From Octopus vulgaris (lineage: Eukaryota), in NCBI GenBank assembly GCA_951406725.2, contig OX597819.1, positions 57,040,001 to 57,104,000 of the forward strand: a stretch of DNA of 64,000 nt, given 5' to 3'. This document shows, piece by piece, positions 40,500 to 54,309 of the stretch. The notes beneath the pieces were generated by a model. The model ran no database searches. It had not been told where the DNA came from and saw only the letters and a list, made by a program, of their open reading frames with translations. The translations under genes and the position numbers were made by a program. Numbering within the stretch: position 1 is the first letter of the stretch; each line of letters opens with the position of its first letter.

Positions 40500-41015
40500 C
40501 ATCAAATGCCGGATTGATGAAAGCAAAGTCGAAATCGATGGATTTGAATTCAGAACGTAAAGACAGACGAAATGCCGCTTATCACTTTGCCCAGGATGCC
40601 AAACACTCTGCCAACTCGCGGCCTTATTGGAAACTAATAATAGTTCCAAATTTTGGCATAAGGCAAACAATTCTCCCTCAGACGAGGTTGAAGGTCGATG
40701 ACATCTACTCTAGTGATCAACTGGTGCTTATTTTATCGTGGTCGATAAATTAAAATACCAAGTCAAATCATAAGGTCGACATAATTGACTTGTCCAATCG
40801 CTTCAAAACCGCGTGTCTTTTACGCTGCAACGAACCGGGTATATTGTGATCTCGGTCACTTGCGCCATGGAAACTGAGTAACCATCATAATGTCACCTAG
40901 GACTCGACCAAAATAAGAAAACTTGACGGAATTTGAACTCTAAATATGAAGACGGAATATATGCTGCTAAGCATTTTGTCCGTGTGCTTAGGATTCTGCT
41001 ATCGCACGTCCTTAT
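40500..41015. mobile_element. Cluster of Nin/Deu SINE fragments in mixed orientation
   Basis: Minus heads at about 40505-40625 and 40925-41015; plus body at 40740-40921. Confidence 0.6.
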
Positions 41016-41973
41016 CGGAAGTTAATAATGATTCTACTTTTCACATAAGAACTAAAGTTTCGATCTTAATTTTAAGTCTAATGCTTCATCTTTTATCTAT
41101 TCTTCTAATTATTAGTCAGGTGGAAGATTCGATCATGAACCAAGAAAACTTGAATTTATACTATTTTTGTTCCCTAACAACCAGCACTGTAAAGGGTGCA
41201 TTAATATCTCAGGGATGTACAAAAAAAATCAATCACAAAAGCTCAATAGAAATACAAAAATACACAATTCTGAAGAAGATTCTTTCACCACCAGGAATTA
41301 CCAATCTCGCTAATTATCACATAAATCATAAAGTAACTGTGATATTAAATCATGAGGAAATGAAATTAATACAAAATTTAATTATCGTGAGATATAGTTA
41401 AGATTATGTGTCAGCTATAAAACGTTTAACGTTTTAATTTCAGTTCAACATTCCTTTTATATTTTTTATATTCTTATTTTAATCCATAATTATCTGTTTA
41501 GCATCTGAAAATAGTTTCACGATTTATACAACAACGATTAATTTTTTTTGATGTTAAGAAGCACAATTATAACATTTAATAAATCTTATTTGCCTGGCGC
41601 ATTCAAAACATGCATATTTTTGTAGATAATATTTCGCGTATTCATTAACATACTTGACTCTTACACACGCAATCCGGCAGGGAAATATAAGCATACACAA
41701 GCATGCTTACACTCTCACACACACATACGGAGGCATGATTACACACGCACACAGACACACACACACACATGCATGCGCGTGCGCATATATAGAATCATGC
41801 TCAAGTATGCACTCATACAGACACGTACGCACACGTGCTCCGAAAGATTGAACAGGAACAATTGTAAGTAATCCTCAATGAATTTTTAATAAGTCACGAA
41901 TGTACATGCTTATTTATTCCTGTATACTGATGATATATATGTGTATATATGTACATGTGTATACATCTATATA

Positions 41974-42026
<53 letters not shown>

Positions 42027-42051
42027 TCATTTATTAATATATATATATATA

Positions 42052-42091
<40 letters not shown>

Positions 42092-42169
42092 TATATATTC
42101 CTTAATATATATATATACAGACAGACAGACTCGTGTCTGTCTGTATATATGCATATCCACATGCACATG

Positions 42170-42281
<112 letters not shown>

Positions 42282-42989
42282 CACACACATTTGTGTGTGT
42301 TTGTATAGAAAAATTGTTATGAATCCAAACAAGTGGAGGAATAGAAGATAAGAAGTTGGTAATGCACAGAAAATAGAATTAATTAAAATGTAATTATATT
42401 TTAAAACACGAGAATACACTTTACCAGTTTCATATTAAATTTCCGAAAGTGGAGAGACGTGTGTCAGGAATTATATGTAAACCGAACGACGTTATAAATA
42501 TATATATGTATGAAACCATCTATGCATCTTGTTCTGTTCTGAATTTTTTGTTTTCTTATTTGGCCTGAGGAACTTGAAGGCAAAGGTGGGAATCAATCTA
42601 ACTTGTGTGGTCCCGGGTACGTTTCTCAGCTCAGGATTCAACAGGCTATTCCGCTTTCAACCTCAGTAAGCTACTCGCAAGAATCTGTATTCAAAACAAG
42701 TGCTTTCGTACTTCGCTCTCAGACATTTTTGCTGCGCAGCTCGCGACGGTTAGTGAGTCACATTCCGGACGCTAGTACCCTACAAAGGATATCGTTTAGG
42801 ATGCACTTTAAATTTAAACCATATTTTCATTTCAGAACCATCCATTCGTTTCAATTTCTAATTTTCTTTCTTCACTTCCTCTTTTGTCGCTTCTCTTTAA
42901 TCTTCTTACCAGTGAAGGTAATGTCGATTCGATGAAGGGAATGAGCTTATGTCTACACAAACATTTGATCACTCTAAACAAATTGAACG

Positions 42990-43315
42990 TCTGCAGCCAT
43001 GCCGGGGGCGTCGTTTTGTAAGGTTTAGTCTTAGCAATCAGCTCCAGTACATTTTAAAGCCTGATATTAATTCCATTGGTTTATTTTGGCTTAACAATTA
43101 TGTTAAAGGGACATAAACAAACTAGCACTGATTGAATAGCGGCGGTGAGATACAAACTTGCATACTAATACATAAATACATACATGTCGGCTTCTTTCAG
43201 TTTCCGCCTAACAAATGCCTATACAATTCTTCCGTTGACGTTGTAGTTCAAGGCATTTGCCTAAGGTGCCACCTTATGGGATAGAACCTGGAAGCATGAA
43301 CCACGCAGCCACGAT
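42990..43315 (-). mobile_element. Old CORE-type SINE
   Basis: CTTCTTTCAGTTTCCGCCTA...TTTGCCTAAGGTGCCAC. Confidence 0.6.
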
Positions 43316-43324
43316 TCCCGTCTG

Positions 43325-43355
<31 letters not shown>

Positions 43356-43505
43356 TCCCTCTCTCTCTTTCTCTCTTTCTCTCTCTCTCTCTCTCTTTCT
43401 CTCATTCTCTCTTTCTCTCTCTCTCTATATATATATATATGTGTGTGTGTGTATGTATGTATGTATGTATGTATGTATGTATGTATATATATATATATTT
43501 ATTAT

Positions 43506-43557
<52 letters not shown>

Positions 43558-43598
43558 TTTTTTTCTTTTTCTTCTTATGATGTATGTATGTATGTATG

Positions 43599-43680
<82 letters not shown>

Positions 43681-43891
43681 TTCCCCTTTTTCTTTTTCTT
43701 CTTATGATTAAGGAGAATGCGAGACAAGTTACTGGAGCCTAGCAACTTTATTCTTAACACAGGTATTAAAAAAAAAGACCGTTGTGGCTAGCCAGCATCT
43801 GAAACCGATTTAAGAGGAAACCCTTAACTACCAGAATAATACATCACTTTAAACTCATATTCAGATATATGTGTTTGTTTATATGTGTGTG

Positions 43892-43957
<66 letters not shown>

Positions 43958-43989
43958 GGTGTGTATGTATAGACATATGTATACACACA

Positions 43990-44027
<38 letters not shown>

Positions 44028-44030
44028 ATG

Positions 44031-44080
<50 letters not shown>

Positions 44081-44367
44081 CAGTACAACCGATTAGTCTT
44101 GAAATACATCTGAGTATAGAAACACGGAAGAAGACAATTTTTAATAGTGAACTATTAAATAGCCCTTCATAATGGACGTTACATTATATCGGTTAATGTA
44201 CTGCGTTCCTCGTGTTTGTGCTTTTCAGGAAATTGATACATCATTCATAAATGTTCTCTAATTCTAAACTCTTGAAAAGTGTCATTATATTCAGACTTAC
44301 CGTCTTGTCTATATTCATGGATATCAATTTGAGGAAATATACATCAATTCCAAATGAAAATGAGGTA

Positions 44368-44856
44368 CAGCAATCCCACGCCATATCGCGGTTCACCTAT
44401 CGTGGTTCACTTACCGCAGTTCCCTTATCGCAGTCCACTTATCGCGGTTTATTATTTAACCTTATGTCGTTTCGATTCCTCCATGTAGTTGTTTTGCATT
44501 TACAGTAAAATAACAATATACAAATTAAAAAAGTAAGAAAAAATATTGTACAGTACTATCTCTACTACGCGGATCTTCACTTATCACCGAGGGTTTTGCA
44601 ACGGAACATTCATCATATCGCAGTTAAGCTCACCATATCGCAGTTCACCTATCGCTGCTTATTATTTAAGCTTACATTGATTCCTCCATGGTGTTGTTTT
44701 GCATTTATGATAAAATAAATATATACAAATTATAAAAATAATTAAAAAATATACAAAATATAAAAAAAGTACTGTTTCTACTTCGCAGATTTTCACTTAT
44801 CTTAGGGTGGGTGGTGGGGTTGGAACGTAGCACTAGCGATAATCGAGGGATTACGG
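44368..44856. mobile_element. pogo/Tigger-like MITE with internal duplication
   Basis: TA then CAGCAATCCCACG ... CGAGGGATTACGG imperfect TIRs; subterminal TATCGCGGTTCAC repeats; internal body present twice. Confidence 0.65.
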
Positions 44857-47233
44857 CACGGTATAAATCTCTTGCTATCTAATACGTTTACCTATCACCT
44901 GTTTCTTTTATGCAGACTACTCGGAATCTTTTGTTCTTATTTAGTCTGGGTGAGGCTAAAATATAAAAGCCTCCATTTCTCAGACGTAATTTAATGCTGT
45001 AGTGCGGTTTCAAATTCTTGGAACGTGGCACGTCCAGAGAAAATCTCGTTCAAATATGTCAATTATGGTTTAAACTCAGATACGTCACTGAATAAAGCTG
45101 ACACGACTTATATGCAACTTACGAATAGCATTCATGTAGTGAAGACTAACACTCGCGATTTTTTTCTGAAATGATTGAGATGTTAACGGTGCAATCCCAC
45201 CCGAAATTTCCCGACAGCAACTAATAACTAATCTATGAATAAATGATAAATAGTAGCAAATGATTTGCTTCATATCAATTCATAATATAACAAGTAGCCA
45301 ACCGATTTATCGTCTGCTTGACTAAAAATGATATAATAATATAGTGGTAGTAATAATATATACACATGTGTACGCATAAAATAAACGCCCATATCTGCAT
45401 ATGTAATATAAATGCGTATGGGTGCTTTTATTTTGTGCATATGTGCATGTGTGTGTGCATTGTGCAACTGAATTGGTAGTATCAAATTTCAGCTGAATCT
45501 GACAAAATTACAACTACTCTATGTAAGGCATTTATGCTGATGTGGGAATGTATGTGAAGGCAGACGTACATTCATACATAAATACATATACACATATGCA
45601 TATTTATATTTATATTTATATACACATATGTGTACACATAATTATATTTATATGTTTCCGCACCCACATTCATAGGAGAGTATTCCATTTAGAGTTATAG
45701 AAAAATATTTTGAAATTATAGTAAATGGTATTCATCTTTTGTTATATTTATTATAAAGCTGCCATAACAAAAATAGAAATTTTCATTATAAATATGGTTT
45801 TGGAGCATCAAATTGTTCCGAAACAATTCTTCTTCTAGTAATAAATATTTCATGTATCATTTCAAATGCTTCCATCATATATTGCACAAACTGAAAGATT
45901 GGTATTTCGTCTATTGTGATTTAAATGCCTTTACTAAAAGTATCAATAACCCATATCAATGCTCGTAAATTTGATATGCAATATTATATAAGAATTAAGT
46001 TAATTCAATGATGTACTGAATATCAAACAGTTTCAATTAAAACGTTTTTTTATTTTATTTTATTGAATTCCTTTAAACTTGTATAAAGTAAATGGACATC
46101 ATTTCTTAGCGCAGATTATAAACAGTTTGGAATAATATCGACTGGCATCTAAACAAGTTATAGAAATACAAATATATTTAAATATATGCATAGATATATA
46201 GATGCATAAGAGAATGGGAGAATCTGTGCGTATGTGTCTTAGCGAAGAAATAATGTAAACGAAAGCGCGTATTATTTATGTATATATGAATATAATGATA
46301 AAAACAGAAAGCAATATTCTTTTATGCAAGTACCACTTTATCTGTTGTCTTCATTGTCTACAGCCATTTTCTGTTATACAAATACTCGAGTCACCAGAAA
46401 CCAATATCTATATGAGGCAATTTAGAAACTATTAACTGATGCATCACTGTCTGATAAAATGTTATTGTAAAGATTCCGAATACTTTTGCTTCAGATGTTT
46501 TGTTCTGTAACGATAAGGATTTTTCGGTGTTTATTGTTTTTATTTATTCCTCATGTGTATAATTGCACGATGATTAAAATATCAAAGTATTGATATATCA
46601 TTCGCTCTTTTAATGTTTGCTTCTTGATGATAACAAGAGCCAAGATATATTTGCATGCATTTTGATTGGCTAAAAGAATTTTGATTGAAGAACTAGCGAG
46701 ATAGAATATTGTGATGCATAATTCCATATCTTTATTCCCGATATTATTGTATGCTCTCCTTCACCTCTCGCTCCCCCAATCTCCTACTCTAGACAATATA
46801 TATTTGCCATTTATAAGATACAATGAATGTGATATACTTCATATGCATCACATGCCCTTTATATTTTATCCATATAATTTTACTGTTGACATGTAAAATA
46901 CTGTATTATTATCCCAATATTAATAGCTATTTCCGTACGTTCTCAAACAAATGTACAGAGAATGAAACGAATTAAATGCTCAGCATTTGCATAAAAAATC
47001 AAAATGTTTTCCTCGTGATTATTAACTTGCATAGCCATGTACCATGAGCGCTTTCTGTATAGAAAATGGACAGGGTTGAAAATTGCAGGATTTGAGATTA
47101 AAGATAGTTAACCAAGATATTTATCAATTATCACTGAACATTCCCTGTAGCAAATGGGCGTTTCATTTCCTTCATTGCGTACTCTAATGCACATAGAAAC
47201 GCACAAATAAACATGCATATAAACAGATGTATT

Positions 47234-48310
47234 TCAGGTCATCCCATAAGTTCTGTCCTAATTTTGAATAAAGAAAACAAGTGATCAAATGTTATATTTA
47301 ATTGATCCCTGATAATCTATGACTTCCTTCAATCTATCTACACGATTTTTTAATCCCATCAATGTAAAGCGCTTTTGATTTCAAAGCGAAGAACTCTGAA
47401 ATATCAGTTTCGACCTCCTCCTGACTTGCGAAAGTTATGTCTCACAAATGATTCTGTAAACTACGAAACAAATGGTAGTCTGGAGGAGCAAGGTCGGGAG
47501 AATAAGGTAGATGAGGAATTCTTTCCCAACCAAGCTCTTCGATCTTCTGTGATATGATCTTTGCAGAGTGGGGTCACTCATTGTCCTGATGAAATATCAC
47601 TCTTTTTCGATTTACTAAAGCGAGGCTTTCTTTCCTGAAAGCTTGTTTCAAATGCTTTAATTGCTAACGCTAGACTTGAGCATTGATTGTTGCATTAGAT
47701 CGTAACAAATCAAAATGAATTACTCCTTTGCAATCCAACCAGATAGAGAGAAGAACCTTTTTTCCATGAAGTTCCCTTCTCGGTTGTGGTTGAGCCTTTT
47801 CCTTTTTAACAAGTCACTAATTACAACGTATAACATTTCAATAGAAGATCCATTTTTCGCCACCAGTCACATGTCTATCCAAAACGAGTGAAATGTGCTC
47901 GCGAGAATAGAGAGAAGAGCTGATGTCAACTCGGGATTTGCGGTTGCTTTCGGACAATTTATGAGGCACCCATTTTCCAAGTTTAGGAACCTTTCCAAGT
48001 TATTGAAGATGACGATGAACAGTTGTATGGTTTGAACTAAGCCTTATTGTCAATTCTTCAACTGATAATGCAAGATTTGTTTCAAGTAATACCTCAAGGA
48101 GATTATCATCAAACACAACTGAAATTTCCACTTCTGAATTTTGCAAACCATCTTCTGCAAGTTCTTTCATTCAAGCATTTCCTTATATACTGAGTGTATG
48201 TTTCGAGTCGCTTCGGCTGCAGACTTAGACATTAGACATTCTAAAATACTATTAAATTTCATTCAATTTTCAAAATTGTAAAATCGGACAGAACTTATGG
48301 CATGATCTGA
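47234..48310 (-). mobile_element. Mariner (DD34D) element, pseudogenised
   Basis: TIR TCAGGTCATCCCATAAGTTCTGTCC / GGACAGAACTTATGGCATGATCTGA; minus frames GKWVPHKL, TGGEKWIFY, PYSPDLAPPDYHLFRSLQNH. Confidence 0.9.
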
Positions 48311-48719
48311 TATGTATAGATATATACTTGTGTGTGTGTGTGTGTGTGTGTGTCTGCATGGCTACCATACAGGTGGGGGTATATTAAGTGTTCCAAAAAT
48401 TTGATCCCAACCACGTGGTTTCGCGTTCAGTAATTTCGTCAATCGTCCAGGAGTGAGTAATGCCTTGTACAAATTGATCTCCAGGAAAAGATTAACCACA
48501 AACTGTTCCGAAATTTCGTTTGCCTCTTGCCTTAACAATGATGGTTTTGTGAAAAGTTAGCACTACGCACCAAAAGACGCCTCCTTCATCTCCCCTTTCA
48601 CAGACAATCCAGCTATCCACGTCCACCACATTCCAGTAATCTCATTGCATATATATATATATATGTGTGTGTGTGCGTGTATGTGTGTGTGTGTGCGTGT
48701 GTGTGTGTGTTTGTGTGTG

Positions 48720-49480
48720 GTAACTTGATTCCAAATTTTTCAATTTGCGAAGTCCTTGATAGTATAGTGATCAGTATCCTCAATCTCTGCACTCTAGAGT
48801 AATCATTATGCCTCACCAAATTCTTCGATCACATCTGCTCTTATTGAAATATACCGATCTTTTTAAGTACTCCACAGTGAGTTCCATTCCCGAGAAACAC
48901 TTCTCCTGACCCAGCTAACTATCACCCTATTGCATCCACTTGCAATATCTGAAAGATAACGGAGACAATAAACAGTTGTGTTCTACCCCAACTTCAGTTC
49001 CCCCTCCCCCTCTCTATCTCTGTTTCACCCCCCTCTCTCTCTCTCTCTCTTATAGCTATAACCAGTATATCATTTGCAAAGCTAGAATCACTGGAGTCCT
49101 ATATCCCCTTCGTCGCATATGAATAAGTTTTCGTCAAGAGGAATTTAGTGAAAACAATGTTCATGTATGGATATCAGCTTATCTTTAACCGCCTATTGGA
49201 ACTTACACCGATGCTCTCCACCTGTCTTTTATATTCCTTCAGTCGTTATCTACAAATCGAACCGTTTGCTGAAGACATTTATTTTGTTCTACGCTATGAA
49301 ATCTTGTTAGAGTCAACATTCCTTTTTATCCCCTGTCTCCCTATCACTCGCTTTTATACATGCATGCTTTATACAGACGGTACTAAATTTCAGTATTCCG
49401 CACCCTATGTCCATACTGCGTCACCCATTTTAGACACAGGCTCCATACGATAAATCTGGAGAGATTTCAAATTTGAACAA
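48720..49480 (+). pseudogene. CR1/Jockey-group LINE RT remnant
   Basis: DPANYHPIASTC (cf. NYRPISLT), NQYIICKARITG (cf. QYGFRxxRST), MDISLSLTAYW (cf. LDISKAFDRVW), FAED (cf. YADD). Confidence 0.6.
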
Positions 49481-50013
49481 GAAATTCAGAGGAATCTTAA
49501 ATGGACATGTGTTAATGTTATCTTTTCGCTCGCATTCATAAACGGAACGCACTATTCGAAGAAAAAAGTCAGCGTACATCACCCTACTTATACATAAAAG
49601 TTCGTGACGACAATCATTAAGAACGTTGAAAATAAGAACTCATCATCAAAGAGGGGCACTCTCTCCTGTAGAAAGACTATATAAAACTAGGAGAGCATCG
49701 CAAATTCCTGCCCAGCTCTTCAGAATCTCAAATCATTCAGCCCTTAAGAATTGCTAAAATAGTACAACGCGCAAGCGAAATCGAAAGGAAGTACGGTTCC
49801 CACTTTTGAACCTGAGAGCTACTGCAAATTCAGACACTCTAAGCTCATCCTCGACTAGCTGGCATACAGTATTATTCCGGATGAGAATTGTGCTGATGCA
49901 TGCCCCAGTTCTATTGCTTCATAGAAAGTTGGTGGCGTACACGGTGTTCTCTCGATCTGTCAGTCTGTTTCTCTCTCTCTCTCTCTCCATCTCTCTCTGT
50001 CTCTCTCTGTTTC

Positions 50014-50225
50014 ACATCATCATCAGTTTTCTGTCCAGTCCTCAAGCAATAGCCCTAGCCATAATGTCTCTTCGTTTAACCCTGGATTCACTGGAGCATT
50101 CTTCCACCAGATGACTTCCTACCATGTGTTGATTTGAAAAACGCTAAGGATATTAACGATAGTGAATTATATCCGTCTTCGATGGCTATCGAAGGCAGTC
50201 TACGCTGCACCACCCAGCATGTAAA
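50014..50225 (-). mobile_element. RTE-like 3' end with (GAT)n tail
   Basis: Minus strand ends CTGATGATGATG, preceded by a degenerate VVQRRLP frame. Confidence 0.4.
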
Positions 50226-50269
50226 ACATACATATATAAAATACATAAAACCATGTGTATATATATTTA

Positions 50270-50314
<45 letters not shown>

Positions 50315-50427
50315 ACATCAGAACACTTTAGCTCTTATTTCTAGCATTGTAGGTGTTCTAAACAACCTGTCACATTTAATGACAATTATGATTTTACTTT
50401 TAGGTGATACATTGCAAAACTGCTGCC

Positions 50428-50471
<44 letters not shown>

Positions 50472-50490
50472 ATATATATATATATATGCA

Positions 50491-50545
<55 letters not shown>

Positions 50546-50672
50546 TATATATATATATATACATATATATATACATAAATATGCATATATATATACATAT
50601 ATATGCATATATATATACATATATATACATATATATATACATATATATGCAAAATATATATATACATATATA

Positions 50673-50728
<56 letters not shown>

Positions 50729-51085
50729 AAACATATTTATATACATGCATTTATATATATGTCAAATCTCATTATAAAGTATTTGGAACCCATGTTGTCT
50801 TCAATTAATTAGTCAAGAACATATCAATCTCTCACGGGAGAAGCATTTGTTAAGTATTAACTGCAAACGTACAGAAAGTGAGAAAGTGAAAGCGGTACAC
50901 ACTCTTGTTCCTGTAAATACGTACATAAACGCATACACAACACAATACTCACAGCCACCCAGACACACATATACACAAAAAATATAAACACAAACGCTAA
51001 CATGCACGCACGGACACACACACATATACAAGAACTCGCGCACTCACACACACTCACACAAATGCCCGCACACAAGCACACACAC

Positions 51086-51116
<31 letters not shown>

Positions 51117-51318
51117 GAATCCAAACACAGACATGGATACGCACATACATCCATAGTTGTATGTAAATATTCTTTTCTTAGTTTTAATCACTCGTGTGAT
51201 ACGAAGTAGGCGTTCCGCCTTCGTGGGTATAATCGATTAGACAGAGGATTGATAGATATTTTGATCGAACTCGGAGGCATGAATGACAAACCGTACATGC
51301 TAATATATAATTGTCCGC

Positions 51319-51319
<1 letters not shown>

Positions 51320-51370
<51 letters not shown>

Positions 51371-51400
51371 ATAACTATCCATCTATCTATCACTATATAA

Positions 51401-51457
<57 letters not shown>

Positions 51458-51508
51458 ATTCTATATACCTATCTATCTATCTATCTATCTATCTATCACT
51501 CTATATAC

Positions 51509-51543
<35 letters not shown>

Positions 51544-51575
51544 CCTACCTACCTACCTACCTACCTATCTATCTA
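51320..51575 (+). repeat. (TATC)n / (TACC)n microsatellite
   Basis: Directly visible. Confidence 0.95.
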
Positions 51576-52021
51576 TACACACATATAGATACATACATGC
51601 ATACGTGTGTGTGTATATATATATATGTATATATGTATATGCATACATTCAGGAAATGATGTTCATATATATATGTGTGTGTGTGTGTGTGTGTATTTAG
51701 TTTTATACGCACATACATACATATATATGTGTGTATATATATATATGAGTGCGTACACATTCAGGAAGTGACGTACATACGTGTATATTTAGACATATAC
51801 ATATATGTGTGTGGGATTGTGTGTAGTTAAGATAGAAAAGTAAAACAAAACGCATATTGAAAGTAAATCCATATATTATTTATATACTTTTCAGCAAATA
51901 TTACTATGGTTCCAGAAAAAAATTATTTCTCGTACAATTTACCATTTCCGGCAAGTGGATTCGAATATATTACTGTAGCATCAATGAACAGAGACTGATA
52001 CTGCTGCTGCTGATGATACTA

Positions 52022-52059
<38 letters not shown>

Positions 52060-52109
52060 GATGATGATGTTCATGATGATGATGATGATGATGATGATGA
52101 CGTTGATTT

Positions 52110-52415
52110 TAATATTATATTTTTGGATTTGCTCAGCTTCGGTCATATTCTTAGGAATTATGGTTATAGCGGTTTTGCTACCCGTAACCTTAGGTATCCA
52201 CAAGTTTTCAGCAGTCTTTTAAGTGCTTAGAACCCTCCTGATAATCCTTGCTGTACCTAAGAGACAAAATTTCTGTAGGATCTCCACTAGGCATTCTATG
52301 TCAACCTCCTTCAACCATTTGTCTGTATCTTTGCTTACTGTTTCCAGCGCACCAATTATTATAGGCACGACTTTTACTGTTCGCATGCTCCAAGTTCTTA
52401 TTTCAGACTTTATTC
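52110..52415 (-). mobile_element. R4/Dong-like non-LTR element, 3' end (copy A)
   Basis: VVPIIIGALETV...LQKFCLLGTARIIRRVLST, the C-terminus typical of RLE-type elements. Confidence 0.8.
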
Positions 52416-52439
52416 TCATCATTATTATCATTATTATCA

Positions 52440-53155
52440 TTGCCTTTGCACAACTTCTAACGCGGGAGATGCATTACAGTCTTAGCTGTTCATTATCAAT
52501 GAACTAAGGTAAAAACCTTATTTTTCGAGCACCTTCCGGAGTATTCGAGCGGTTCCAAGCAGTGGTGTTTTCTGAAAATTCTCCACCCTTATTACAGCCC
52601 CTATTTGTTGCACGTACTTCCCGAGATTTTTGTTCATGTTCCCAGGACTCCGACACTTATTGGTACTACTGCTACCTATTTCATCGAGCACAACTGCTTA
52701 ACCTCCCAAGCTAACATGTCATATCTCTCAACTTTACTTTCTTCCTTATCGCATACCTTGTTTTCAGCTGGGCATGCTACATCTATGATCCAGCATAGTT
52801 TGTTTTCTTTCTCAATTAAGACAATGTCCGGCTTCCTATTCTCTATCTCATGGTCGCTCTGAATCACAAAACCCTATAGCATTTCCATTTTCGATGATGC
52901 CTTCAAGTTTGTGGTCGTACCAAGTTTTTGCTCTGTCAAGTCCGTACTTCTTGCAAAGTGTCCAATGGACAAGCCTGGCTATATTCTCGTGTTATCACTT
53001 ATATTCCTTGAAGGTTAGTGGCATACATTGGCTGGTAATATGCCATACGGTTTCAGTGTTTGGTCCATAGATTCTGCCTTTATCATTTTCTGCTGTGTTT
53101 TCTACTCTGTATTTTATGTAGTTTGTTCTTAGTGCTTGCTCTTTGGCAGCACAGA
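52440..53155 (-). mobile_element. R4/Dong-like element, zinc-finger and RLE region (copy B)
   Basis: AAKEQALRTN...ETVWHITSQC; NRKPDIVL...IIDVACP...KEESKVERY. Confidence 0.88.
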
Positions 53156-53212
53156 TTATGATTATCATTATCATTATCATCATTATTATTATTATTATTA
53201 TCATTATTTTTG

Positions 53213-53264
<52 letters not shown>

Positions 53265-53265
<1 letters not shown>

Positions 53266-53858
53266 TAGTGTTATTTTTATAACGTGCTTTCACTGCACTA
53301 CCGAGCAGAGCTCTGTGTGCCTTGGATATGTGCTGTGGTTTGCTATGATACTCTTATGGTTACTGTTTTGAAAGTGTTTTACGTAGGATCTGTGCAGTGC
53401 CTAGTAGTGCTATTTTCTGTATGTTATATATATTTGTTATTCCTGGTGTTTTTGTTATGTATTCGTCTGAATATTTTTTATCATACCTAATGCGCTTATT
53501 ATGATAGGATCTGTTTCTCTTTTTAGACTCCACAATCGAGTTACCTCTATTTCCATGTCTTTGTATTTTGAAAGTTCCTTCATTTCTTTAAGAGAGACGT
53601 TGTCATCTGTTGGTATTGATACATCAATTACGAAGCATTTTTTTTCATGATCTTTGACAACTATATCTGGCCTATTGGCCTTAATTTCTCTGTCTGTGTG
53701 TATTTGAAAATCCCACAGTACGGGTGATTTCTCATTTCCTGTCGTGTACTTATACCATCTTTTCTGGCGTGAGCTTATACCATCTTTTTTCTGTTGTTAT
53801 TTCATACATTTTGACATAGATTCCAGTGTATGTAGGTCCCAACTCTGTCGTATCGGTG
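53265..53858 (-). mobile_element. R4/Dong-like element, RLE region (copy C)
   Basis: Minus frame NRPDIVVKD...VIDVSIPTDDNVSLKE...KYKD. Confidence 0.85.
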
Positions 53859-53859
53859 A

Positions 53860-53867
53860 AATTATTA

Positions 53868-53923
<56 letters not shown>

Positions 53924-53977
53924 GTAGTTGTTGCTATTGCTGTTCTTGTTGTTGTTATTGCTGTTGTTATTATTTTT

Positions 53978-54012
<35 letters not shown>

Positions 54013-54082
54013 CATCCTTATTATCATTATTATTATTATTATTATCATTATCATCCTTATTATCATTATTATTATTATTATT

Positions 54083-54126
<44 letters not shown>

Positions 54127-54130
54127 TATC
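53860..54130 (+). repeat. (ATT)/(ATC)/(GTT) trinucleotide microsatellite
   Basis: Directly visible; similar tracts at 52000-52100 and 53155-53262. Confidence 0.95.
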
Positions 54131-54309
54131 TATGCGGTTACTTTGTTTGTACGAGCTCTTCCGAGTCTCACTCAGAGATTTCATGTTAGAGCAATCGATA
54201 TGTTTTACAACGACATATTGTATGGAAAGTAGACAAGAATCTGAGAACTGCGATTCCTTTCAATTTGTAATATTTTAGTTTTGAAAGAGTTCAAAGAGAA
54301 TTAGTTGAC

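Noticed and set aside
42615-42670. Minus-strand CTGAGGT...GAAACGTAC hammerhead-like remnant
   Set aside because: Core and stems too degenerate to support
53744-54278. Poly-Ile, poly-Leu and poly-Asn/Asp ORFs
   Set aside because: Trinucleotide microsatellite between LINE fragments
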